Source: Antedon mediterranea (taxonomy: Eukaryota > Animalia > Echinodermata). From it: a DNA stretch of 64,000 bases. A program made the translations under genes and the position numbers. A model generated the notes under the pieces. The model saw nothing but the letters and a program-made list of their open reading frames with translations, did no database searches and was not told the origin of the DNA. This document shows positions 48,501-59,600 of the stretch, piece after piece. Every line of letters begins with the position of its first letter. Positions within the stretch are counted from its first letter, which is position 1. The DNA lies in NCBI RefSeq assembly GCF_964355755.1, contig NC_092680.1, positions 16,377,045 through 16,441,044 on the forward strand, read 5' to 3'.

Positions 48501-51500
48501 GATATGAAATAAAGAATATATGTTAACGGTCAAAACGATGACTTTTTCATTAGAGTGAATATAAACATAGACCTTTTGAATAATTTGACACAAAAAATGC
48601 TCATCTACGCCCATTGGTTACAAAGATATGAATATACCAATATAATAGGTCAAAGGTCAAAAGAGTAGTTTCCGGTCATTTTTTTGTAAAAAGTTTTATT
48701 AGAGTGAATATAATTTATAAATAAGGGTCTTCTGAATTGATTAACACAAAAATTACGAAGTTACGACTATTGGTCACCGAGATACAAAAAATTTAATTAG
48801 TGAAATAATATAAAATAATGAATATATGTCAAAGGTCAAAATGATGTCGTCTGGTCATAATACACAAAACGTTTTCATTAGAGTGAATATAAACATAGAC
48901 CTTCTGGGTATTTTGACACCAAAAACGCTTGTTTACGCCCAGTGGTTACCGAGATATGAATATGCCAAAATAATAGGTCAAAGGTCAAAAACATGGATTC
49001 CGGTCATTTTTGATAAAAAACTTTCATTAGAGTGAATATAAATATGGGTCTTCTGAATTGTTTGACACCAAAATTACCAAGTTCGGCCAAGCGGTTCTGA
49101 GATATACAAATATATAATTTGACCCTCATGACCTCTTGACCCCTTAAAAAAGTATGTTCCACTGAACCGATTTTGGTAGATTTTGGAAATGTTTCTTCCA
49201 GGAACATATAGAATCAAATAAAAAAGGTTCGGAAACTATTGCAATTTGTTTTGGGTCTATCGGTAGATTGACTGGACTATAGGATGTCTGATCTAAAAAA
49301 TAGAAGGTTTTTTTTTTTTATAGTTTTTGGAGGTTGAAAGTTTTATCATTGCTTTATAATGTACTCTTTTTTCGTAAATTAGATGTATTCAGAAGATGTA
49401 AGGGGTTTTTACAGCGTATAATGGTTATTGATTCATAATTTAAACAAAATATATTAATTGTTTCCTTTAATTAATTATTTAACATCATTTAAAATCGTGG
49501 CATCTCCTAAATCTGTAAGCAACTTTAATTTAGTTATAATTTATTTATAAGTCTTAACGATTTAATGATACTACAGTTTATGCCGTTCATAACTTTCACG
49601 TAAGCTTACAATCACCACACGAGTTAACTTCATTCATTCAATTCTTTATTATGTTTGGTTAACGGACCGGAGAATAATGTACAGAATGTGTCGAGGAAGT
49701 GCCTTACCCCATGTCACATTATCATTTAGACAGAATTTATAATTCCCAAATTGAATGTAAATTTCTAAACTCACCAATATGTAATGGATTCACATTATTT
49801 TAGATTTACATTATAGCCTACTCTCTGTATCAAAGGACTGTTACAAGATCTTACCATGTCAATGCGAGCTCAGCATCCCGTTGTTAGATTGTCTTGATCA
49901 TACACTGATCCCAGCTGCATCACATATTACAAATGTATATTTTTTGTATTTCTATTTTTATTAAACCATAGGTCAATTACAATTACGAAGTTCCATGGAA
50001 GAAATTGATGACGTCACCGCCTGTTATAACTTTGTATTTCATGCAGTTCGCCTTTGCTTCTGGATACATATTACTTATTACAGACATTCCGACGTTTTTT
50101 AACTCAATTTTAGATTTTGATTTAGAATTGGTAAGTTTCTGAAACGTATAAATATTAACATTAACACGTGAAAACAGGAAACTTTTGGTTTAAAGAATTC
50201 TGAATATGGCTCTGTTATAGGTCTGCTTATTGAATAATATACTGCTAAATAGAATATATTAATTACGTTGATATAAAGTAATGCTAGTAAGAGTACACAC
50301 ACTTATAATTAATTAATCTATAATATTTGGCCGCTGTCAATACACAACACTTATTACCTGACTGGGATATAATAATATAAGAACATTTTTAAAGTTCTAA
50401 CATAAAAACAATCAAGTGTAAACGCAAGAAAAAGTGTTTGTAAGCTTGTTAATCGTTTTTGCTATATGAATTTTAAAATCTTAACATTAAGATAATTATG
50501 TTCCTTTAATAAATCTTGAGAAAGTCATATTGCAACTCAAAATGAGTAAGGCATTACTGAGCCAACATCATCAAATTGCGATCTATGTAAGCATTTTATG
50601 ATACAGAAACTTTATTTAAATCATTGTTTTCATTGTTTAAAGGTTCAAAATGGCGTCATGCTACGTCTAGTTGACCGACCAACAAACCCTATAATGAAAG
50701 AAAGAGAGTATACAGGTTTATACATTATGCAAAGTTTTGTTAATACTATTGTCCCCGTGGCAGAATGATAAATCAATAAAAATTGTTTATTATTTGACTG
50801 GTCATAACAATAATGCGTTAGTAAGTCAGGAACAATCAATAAATTCTTATTTTTTTTAAATCTTGTTTTTACAGGCAGGATTACTAAACGTGGCCCCTCA
50901 TCTGTGTTTGCTGTTCATGGCAGTCATTGGTGGATTGCTTGGAGACTATTTGATTTCACACGACAAATTAAGCATAATAGGAACCCGAAGATTACTCAAT
51001 ACATTTTGTACGCACAAAACAAGCTAACAACTTTAGCTCCTACTGTCTCGACTAGCATATAAATAGCGAAAACTGTATGAGTGACATAGCTATGCAGATT
51101 ATCTGCAGTAATAAGTGAATACATTGCATTATTTGATGTTGGAATAACATCATCAGATACTCAATCATTAGGGTCTAACCACCTGGTGAATGAAGTATTA
51201 GGCCTACTCCTCGTGAAACAGAACCGACCTAGGCCAATGTCATCGCCGTTGACCAATAATCACAAGAAAAGCTATCTTCACTTGCCATTGGTCAACTTGC
51301 ATGCACTGCGCTGCGCTTGTGTCCTTACGTTCGTCCTAGTGTGATCGAAACACGTTTAAGCCTGTTTTCCCGTTGACGTTAAGTTGTGTTGAGTTTAAAA
51401 TCGTTAAAGTTGAAAATAAAATAACGATAACAATGATCGAGTCGGACCGCTAATATTTACACATTTTTATGCGATCGTCCATAGTTTCTTGGTTCTCTCG

Positions 51501-53207
51501 AGCGTTGCTGGGAAACGCGGACGTGAAGTGTTGCAAACCTAAAGCTTGGTTCCCACTAGAACGTAACGCAAGGACGTAAACGCAACGTAAGCATTTTAAA
51601 TCATGGTTCCCACTAGCAACGCAACGCAAGTACGTAACGCAACGAAAGTGAATTGACCAATCACAAGCGATGGCTTATTCGCTTGTGATTGCCAACTGTC
51701 TATAACTTCGCTTGTCATTGGTCAACACGCTTGCGTTGAGTTTACGTCCTTGCGTTACGTTCTAGTGGGAACCAAGCTTTATAGACAGTTAGCAATCACA
51801 AGCGAATAAGCCATCGCCTGTGATTGGTCAATTCACTTGCGTTGCGTTACGTCCTTGTGTTGCGTCGCTAGTGGGAACCACGCTTTAGGCCGGCCACGCA
51901 CAGTCGGGCCCGTGTGAAAATTGAAAACGCTACGGGTCTTGATGCTTCAACTCAGTCTAGGATATGCTTTCGCTGATATCTTTTTCTAAGCTTACACAAA
52001 GACAAACATTAAATTAAATTGTTTTGATATTGTAATTTAATTTGACTTACATTGGTTGTTTTGAAATATCTGACCTTAAAGGTGTAAAGAAAAGGTGAAA
52101 AACATCGTCGCGTTGAAAATTTAAGAATTGTCAGGGCGTACCTACATTTTTACAAACTGCAATGACGTAATTTGTGGACCATTGGTTAGTTTTTACGATC
52201 GTAACGTTAAAGTTGAACTGGTTTCAACTTTAAGTCTGTTTTCCTGTCGACGCTATCGTTAACAATAATCGGCGATCTTCTTCGTAAACATTGACATGTT
52301 AACGATTTACAGGAAAAAGGTACTCACTATCGTTATCATTTCAACTTGATCGTTTTCAAACGATCGTCGTTGAACTGTTAACGATCAACGACGATAGCGT
52401 CGAATAACGTCGACAAGAAAACAGGCTTTAACGATTTCAGATTTTAACGATTTGTAACCTACCTTACCAAAAAAAAAAAAAAAAAAAAAAAATCCCACCA
52501 ACAACACAATGTCTTGAGTACTTTGCCATTTTTGAGATAGAAAATGTACTTGAGTTGCAATCTTTATTTTATTTTTTCTCAAAGGCTATGGTCTGACTGC
52601 GGTTTTTTTCATCATACTGGGCTACGTTTACAACAGCGATCTCTCAGTGACCATAATGGTATTTGCTTTCGGAATATATGGATTCAAATTTGCTGGAGTT
52701 AATGCTAATGTACTAGACATTGCACCTGTTCACTCAGGCATAATCATTGGAATGATGATTTCGATGGGAAGTATTGGAGGAGTGGCTTCGACGACTTTAC
52801 TCGGATTATTGACAGAAACAAACGTAAGAACACATGTTTTCATAAATTTTATTTTTGTTTTACTTTTATTTTTCAATAAATCCACACAAAAATGTCGGAT
52901 ATGCCACAAAGAGTTGGGTAGAGAAGTTAAAAGATCTATTAATTGTTTTAGCTGTTAGGCCTAAGCCACAGATAAATTGGCCCCAAAGTAGACTGTAAAT
53001 AGACTCATACACCATTTTCCTGTAACAAATATTACTATAATCTTACTTTACTTTCAGAATACTCTGCGCCAATGGAGAGTTGTATTTTGGACTCAAGCTG
53101 CATTACAAATATGTGCGTTACTCGTATTTTTTATTTTTGGTAGTGATAAACCGCAAGAATGGGCAAAACCACCAGAGGAATCTGCAGATATAGAACTCCA
53201 ACATTAA
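42571..53207 (+). CDS. SLC17-family (sialin-like) MFS anion transporter; first coding exon uncertain
   Basis: Exons: 42571-42746 (RVNWSIAI); 43903-44136 (FDWNMKTQQIILGSFYCGY...RIIDGFGQ); 44292-44379 (GIAYPA...W...ERN); 44590-44685 (GGWPSTFY); 45218-45291; 49972-50130 (VPWKKLMTS); 50875-51007; 52585-52823 (NVLDIAPVHSG); 53058-53207 (WRVVFW...GSDKPQEWA, stop). GT-AG and phases are consistent. A candidate exon 1 at 41722-41766 has a phase conflict. Confidence 0.9.
43060..43280. repeat. Tandem duplication (2 x ~110 bp), intronic
   Basis: ttcacttttgtaaagattgtaaataat...cctactctaattctatgctaac occurs twice. Confidence 0.8.
45354..49279 (+). mobile_element. Academ DNA transposon (XPG-nuclease type), internally deleted, in an SLC17 intron
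   Basis: Termini TAGTCCAGTCAATCTA / TAGATTGACTGGACTA, 3-bp TSD TAG (45351-45353, 49280-49282), and long inverted arms built of subrepeats (~45354-46100 / ~48230-49279). Confidence 0.85.
46162..48052 (+). pseudogene. Academ protein remnant: end of transposase region, XPG/PIN-like nuclease and Cys-rich C-terminus; frameshifted
   Basis: DLAIEQCLMRSIKTRGGL; YVLDGGALLH; VVFDGY; AEADAD; IADDTDILVLL; HAFLGCDTTSRFFGIGK; LPPTASAAKYHSLRVYQQVQVW; CKCKTGCYNMKCSCRNNGLDCSMACSEC. Spread over four overlapping ORFs. Confidence 0.85.
51359..52427. mobile_element. PIF/Harbinger non-autonomous element containing two nested copies of the 179-bp MITE
   Basis: AGCCTGTTTTCCCGTTGACG / CGTCGACAAGAAAACAGGCT with TTA TSD (51356-51358, 52428-52430). 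Nested MITEs at 51543-51884. Confidence 0.82.
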
Positions 53208-53506
53208 TTCTCTATTTCATTCAGCATAAGAATCGATTAACGGATTATGTAACAATTTAGCAATGTATAACATTTACGTTTATAAAAATTGATATTTAGG
53301 TAAAGTAAAATACAGTATAACTATTTTTGATTGCGTGAAAGAGATAAAAAGCGTTAAAAAACAAAAGAATTTTGTTCTGAATTATACGTACATTTTCAAA
53401 GATAGAACATTGGGCATAGTGCATCAGATTTACTTACTTGGTGCACTAACAGTAGTTTAAAAGATATAAGTTGTTCTTTGATAGTAAACCAATAAAACTT
53501 ACGTTG

Positions 53507-53550
53507 GCAAGACAGTTTCGTCTAGCTGTCAGCTTGACTTCTTCAGTTGC
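53507..53550 (-). ncRNA. Second, inverted copy of the hammerhead ribozyme
   Basis: Exact reverse complement of 54138-54181. Confidence 0.75.
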
Positions 53551-54137
53551 TATGATGCGTTATGACGCCGACTGGTCTCCTTTCCAGCCACTAGATGTTT
53601 TTGTTGTGGGGACCAGTCGTCGTCAGAAGCTGATCGTAAATGTGAGATAGTTGGTGCACGCCTTCGTCTCTATTCATTTTTGTATTTTTATTTTGCTTTT
53701 TATGCTGATGCTTTCTTTAATTTTACGTTTAAGTGTACATTGGGGAAACGGGTAGGGCACTCAAAACCAGAATTAAAGAACACAAGAAATATGTTGAGGA
53801 AAACACACAGAACATACAGACGCGTGCATCACGGAAAGTTTCGTCCTCCATTTTACATAAATCAGCAATCACAGACCATATGACCACACACAACCACATA
53901 CCTAACTGGGATAAGATAGAGGTACTACACAAAGAACAAGTTTGGCTTAAACGTAAAATTAAAGAAAGCATCAGCATAAGAAAGCAAAATAAAAATACAA
54001 AGATGAATAGAGACGAAGGCGCGCACCAACTATCTCACATTTACGATCAGCTTCTGACGACGACTGGTCCCCTAGGCTACACAACAAAAAAATATAGTGG
54101 CTGGAAAGGAGACCAGTCGGCGTCATAACGCATCATA

Positions 54138-54181
54138 GCAACTGAAGAAGTCAAGCTGACAGCTAGACGAAACTGTCTTGC
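54138..54181 (+). ncRNA. Minimal type I hammerhead ribozyme (Penelope pLTR)
   Basis: GCAA-CTGAAGA-AGTC AAGCT GAC AGCT AGAC-GAAAC-T-GTC-TTGC: helix I GCAA/TTGC, CUGANGA box, helix II, GAAA box and GUC cleavage triplet. Confidence 0.78.
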
Positions 54182-54699
54182 CAACGTAAGTTTTATTGGT
54201 TTACTATCAAAGAACTACTTATATCATTATACGAATCGAAACCAGAAGAAATGTTTTCATTATTAGTAGTGTAAAAGTGTATAAAATAGAAAAAAATATT
54301 TTTTTCCTTCTTTCCTTACTATTATAATAAAAATGCAATGGTTATAGGAGTGAGATATACGATGTATAGAAAGTTATTTAATGTCAGTTGAATTGTATTT
54401 TAAAATTACATTAATCACTGTAAGCACTGTAAACTAACATTTTATTGCTAAAGAAATAAAAGTGGGTCGAACCTACATCAGACAAAATTTTTTTTATTTG
54501 TATATGTGTTTATATCTAACCCACACTCACAGTAAAACATTTGCGATTTAATGTTATAGTCGATTGAAATAGCAAAGTACATATAACGATACACCACTAC
54601 AACGTTTATTTTTTATAATTATTAATTAATAAAAGCGTTGAGAAACAACTGTTTATTTGTATATTAAGATAAGATAGCTTTGATTCCTGGCAAAAAAAA

Positions 54700-55840
54700 A
54701 AGATATTAGCTTTGAAGGTTTCTATAAGTATTTTGACGGCGCCAACGATTACAATTTTTATCTATATGTACTTTGGATGTACCGTTAAGGAGATGCGAAG
54801 CTTCAAAATGGTACAGTAAATATCAGCCATTTTTAAATTAGGCTAATTAACCCCTTCTTGATGTCCCATTTTGGTAAATTTTGGATATGATGTTCATTTC
54901 AACAGGAAAATGTTTCTACATTTTTTAGCATAGGATAATTTCATTTAAGCAGTTATAACATAATATATGACGTCACAACTACCTATGACGTCATAGGTAC
55001 GTATGATAATTAAAATATCCTACACATTTATAACTACTCGTAATGCACTTACAGTAGGTGGTCTATAAGTTAAACCGTTAAGGAGATACTATACAAGGCT
55101 TCAAAATGGTAAATAGCGGCCATATTTAATTTATGCTAATTAACCCACTTCCCGATGTCCGATGTTGGTAAACTTTGGATATGATGTTAATTTGGACCAT
55201 ATCAACCAGACAAAATAAAAAGAAATTCTGTTGCAATTTGTTCTAGGTGCAACCATACTTTTACTGGACTATGGTATAAAAACCATTTTTAACTTGCTAT
55301 GTTAATTAAAAGTCAAGTTATAAGCCAAAATACGTTTAAAATGATGACAGCCATCTTGGATTGCAATACGACGGCCGAAAAAAAATATTTAGAACTTTAA
55401 TAACAATATATTTTGAATCCTCAGTATCACAAATATAGGTATAGAAACCATTTTTAACTTGCTATGTCACTTAAAAGTCACGTTATAAGCTAAAATACGT
55501 TTAAAATGGCGGCCATCTTGCATTTCAACATGGCGGCTGAAATAGAATATTTACAACTTTAATAACAATATGTTTGGAATCCTCAGTATCACAAACATGG
55601 GTATAGACACCATTTTTAACTTGCTACGTCACTTAAAAGTCAAGTTATAAGCCAAAATAAGTCTGAAATGGCGGCCATTTTGTTTTTCATATTTTAAGGG
55701 TGAAGATCTAAAAATTGAGCTGGGTAAACAGCAGATTTGAATTCAGCACCCCAAAATTAACCTAAAACACATATTTTTTCGCTTTTAACAGGAAATGCCT
55801 ACAGAATCTTATTAGAGTGGAAATAATACTATCTGGACTA
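54700..55840. repeat. Two adjacent right ends of Academ-like non-autonomous elements with internal tandem subrepeats
   Basis: TGGACTA termini at ~55271 and ~55840; duplicated units 54780-54900 / 55075-55195; three ~168-bp units at 55272-55680. Confidence 0.55.
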
Positions 55841-56013
55841 GTCTAGTAGAGCCTACTCACAGTCAAAGTAATATAGTTCATTTGTATATATTTTTATTTT
55901 ATATCTAACAGAGTACCCACACTCACAGTAAGACATTTTTCGATTCAAATGGCGACTAAAAATGGTTAATACGTATACAGTATTGTCAACGTATTGTAAT
56001 ACAGTACTATATC

Positions 56014-56044
56014 TAAAGCGAGCGAAGCGAGCTCACCCTCTAGT
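56014..56044 (+). mobile_element. Helitron-like 3' terminus
   Basis: GC-rich hairpin GAGC-GAAGCGA-GCTC followed a few nt later by CTAG|T. Confidence 0.55.
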
Positions 56045-56656
56045 AATTATAATTATACGAGATTGGCCTGTTAGGTTAAAAATTCAATAACAAATAAAAT
56101 CAAAAACAAATATTAAATACATTTTTTTTTCTATGAAATATGTGGTCAAAGTGAATAATTATTATGTGATATCTATTATGGCATATTCAACAACAAAAAT
56201 GTTTCAAATTATGTTTTCAGGTGGACAATATGCCTTTAATTTTGACTTAAGCCACAACCCACCCTTCACCCACTGATGAGTGTATACAGATATGGCGTTA
56301 TTAACAAGCAGGGCAATTTCGAGAATTATTTGGGGACTTTCCAGTCCCGAATTCCAAACCTTATCTAATCCAGATTAATTCTAAAGTAAACGTGTATTGT
56401 ATAGAAGGCATGATAGAATAATGTTAGTGGTTGATAAGATTATGTAGTAGGCCTAATGTGATAGTACTGTTTTATCGTTTTTCCATAATAGTTTCAAACT
56501 GCAAAACATTATAACTGTAGCAACTAATGAAGAGAGTACAGTATATTGTCTGATAATATCAGTCCTTGCATTATTTTAATTTTGGATTGAGAACGTTTCA
56601 CATGTTGTAGGCCTAATTATTGTCAGTGATTGTTAGTGTTTGTTATCATTTCAACA

Positions 56657-59600
56657 ATGGCATCAAAGATACGGTTGCTTGTTTTATTATTAACCACATA
56701 CATATTTGTTGAAGTTGGTGAGTTTATTTATGAATTTTATCAAAGTTTTATAACAAGGCAAATGTACCCGTCTGCGACTTACAGTTTAAACACTATACTC
56801 ATTGCTGTTGCACTCTGTGTGACATTTCTTTATTTTGTCGGCTATAGACTATATCACTATACCAGGATTAGATAATTATATATTTCCTAGTGTTATTGTT
56901 TTTGAAAGAGATTAGAGTTACCCTCCCTTTCTAATAATGAAATATACACCTCTGACTTAAGTTGACGTATTTATTTGAATAAGAAAGTTGTATGTTTAAT
57001 TAAATTATTTTTTAGTTGAAATATGCTATAAAAGAAAAAATTGACAACAAATTATTTATAGACTTTGTTTTTAAGAGAAAAGAAAAAGTAGATTTATATT
57101 TATTACATTATGAAATTATTTATATTTTGTTCTTAAGAGAAATGTATATTGTGTATTACTATTAATAAGAAAGTGTTATTATTTTAAGCTATTTTTTAAA
57201 TTGAAATATGATTTTTAATAAAACTAAACCCGATACATGATAGTACATGATTTTATGGTTATTGATAAGCATTAATTTGTAAAAGAAAACATTGAACTAC
57301 AGAAAGACCTAGTACAGCATTATACACAAATCAGTCCTTTAATCAAAATTTGAACTAAAAACATAAGTAATGCTGTTTTATGGTTAGTGGCTATTGTTAA
57401 CATTTTTTAAAATGTTAACAATAGCCACTAACCATAAAACAATGACATCGACGCTACAGTGGCTTCTTGTATGTATACCCGCATGCAAGTATGTGGAATT
57501 GGTGAATGTATATGTATCATCATTCGTGAATTCTTATAACTTCATGTTGGTTGCCCATGTTGTTGTTTTGTTGGTTCTGTCAATTTTTCTAATTCTTTAG
57601 ATTGTATGTCTATGTGCCCATTTGGCTGGAGTGGTTATCGAGCACATTGCTATAAAGGATTTGCGTCGCTTGTACATGGGTCTTCAGCTCAAGGCAGCTG
57701 CGTTCAATGGGGGTCTAACGTCAATCTTGCTTCCATACACTCACAAGAAGAAAACGTAAATATATGCGCTTAAATTATAATAAAAAATAAATAATGTTAA
57801 TAATAATTAATATGAAGATGACAACGACGATAATGATGATGAAGATGATGACTATGATTACTAAGCTTATGCGTTTTTGATAGCCTATATAGAAAGTTTA
57901 TTTAAGTTTTATAGACTCTTGCAATACTCAGGTGCCTTCATTTTGTTAGGAGTCCCTTTTGTTATAGTCTAGTGCAGCAGGCAGACAGGAACAAACGGGC
58001 CGATAGTGAACACACCAAAGCTAGAACGTAGGCTGTAGTATTATATAGCATATATTATTTGTTTAAAGGAAAGAAGCTCAACCTTATGGTGAGTCATTAT
58101 GATTGTTGTTCTTATATTCTGAATGTTATAGCTTCAGAATTGTTTTACTTGTTGTTCAGTAGACTTTGGTACAGGTTAAAATAGGTACGCCTATGATTAC
58201 TAGCTTAACAAATGTTTAGCATCTTGAGTTTAAGACAATATTTATTTGGGTGTCTAGAAAACTCAGATATCGGACTTTTCTAGATCTAGATTACTGTAAT
58301 TTGTTTTTATTAGTCTTTTATCACAGATTTAATTCCCGGCGATTCATGGATTGGTTTCTATTTGTATGCTACACCATATTCTTATTATGGTTGGTACGAT
58401 GGAACACCTGTCAGCGTAAAGTGAGTTTTATGTTTCCTTGTTTTTTTTTCCTTCTATATTTCACCCACATGCAGTATTATAATACGCTTGTTTTAAAGTT
58501 GAAATCCAGACATAGTACATTTCTAGAAAGTAAATAAACTCGGCCAGTAGGACAATTACCCTTCTGATCTAAAAAATGAATATATCTTAGAAGGGTGTAA
58601 AATTCTACTGATAAAAATGATCAACTGTCAATCCGGATAGATTGCCGCTTTACCTGCAATGGCCTCGTATATTAAAAAGTCGCTTCGGGAAACTAAAGTC
58701 CTTCTTCGGGGATAAAAAATGCGATATGTGTTACATTATATAACCAAATATCATACTAACGATACAAAATGCAGCCTATAATAAATGTAATAATAATATT
58801 ATCTTTGAATGTTTGTCCTAATTACAATGAACAACACAAAATGCAGCACGTGAATACATAAAAAATTGCCTTTCCAAAGCAATCAAGATATAAACAAAAA
58901 CAATGAAATGTACTAAGTAAGTGTGTAAAGGGACGATTTAGTATTAGAAGTACAGAAATATAATTAGAAAGCTAAACAAAATGAAATATAGTAGGTTTTC
59001 AGAAATTGTAAAACAATAGTGACAAAATATGGAACACCATAACACTCAAAGTGGTCTCTGACGTGGTGAACAAATATGGCACAAAATGACATGTCAATTA
59101 TTTGCAAATGAAATATTTTTGTATGCATACTTTATGATGCAAAACACTAATATAAATCTTGATGAAGTATCTTCTCAATTAAGAATTAGTTAAAGTGGTG
59201 TAATAATGCAAATAAAATATCTATAAACCCATCCAAAAGAATTTCGTCGATTACATTTAATATAGAAAACAGTTACAACTATCCTAGTTGACAATTTTAT
59301 TTATTTTATTTTCAATCTTTCTACATAGCAAAAAAACAAACATATAAATATAACAGGGGAGTAACGGAAAAGCAAAAGTATAAAACTGTCATCTTGTGAT
59401 GTGCTTGACCAGCCCCTGTCAACTTGAACGATACAATAAAACCGAAATTTAACAAATTTAGAAAAATACATAGAAAAATATGGTATAATAAAATGTTAAC
59501 AAAAGTGTTATAAAAATGCAATTGCTATCTGAACAATAAGCACATTATTATTACATCTTATTTATTGGCCTAACTATGAATAAAAATATGACATGGAAAA

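Larger units (their letters stand above)
53463..54224 (+). mobile_element. 5'-truncated Penelope-like retroelement with inverted terminal pLTR segment
   Basis: GIY-YIG endonuclease C-terminal part YIGETGRALKTRIKEH...SAITDH...H...W...RKIKESISIR...MNRDEG (53733-54128). 53463-53678 is the reverse complement of ~54002-54224. Confidence 0.9.

Noticed and set aside
56272-56310. CTGATGAG as a further hammerhead core
   Set aside because: No helix II or GAAA box follows at a suitable distance.
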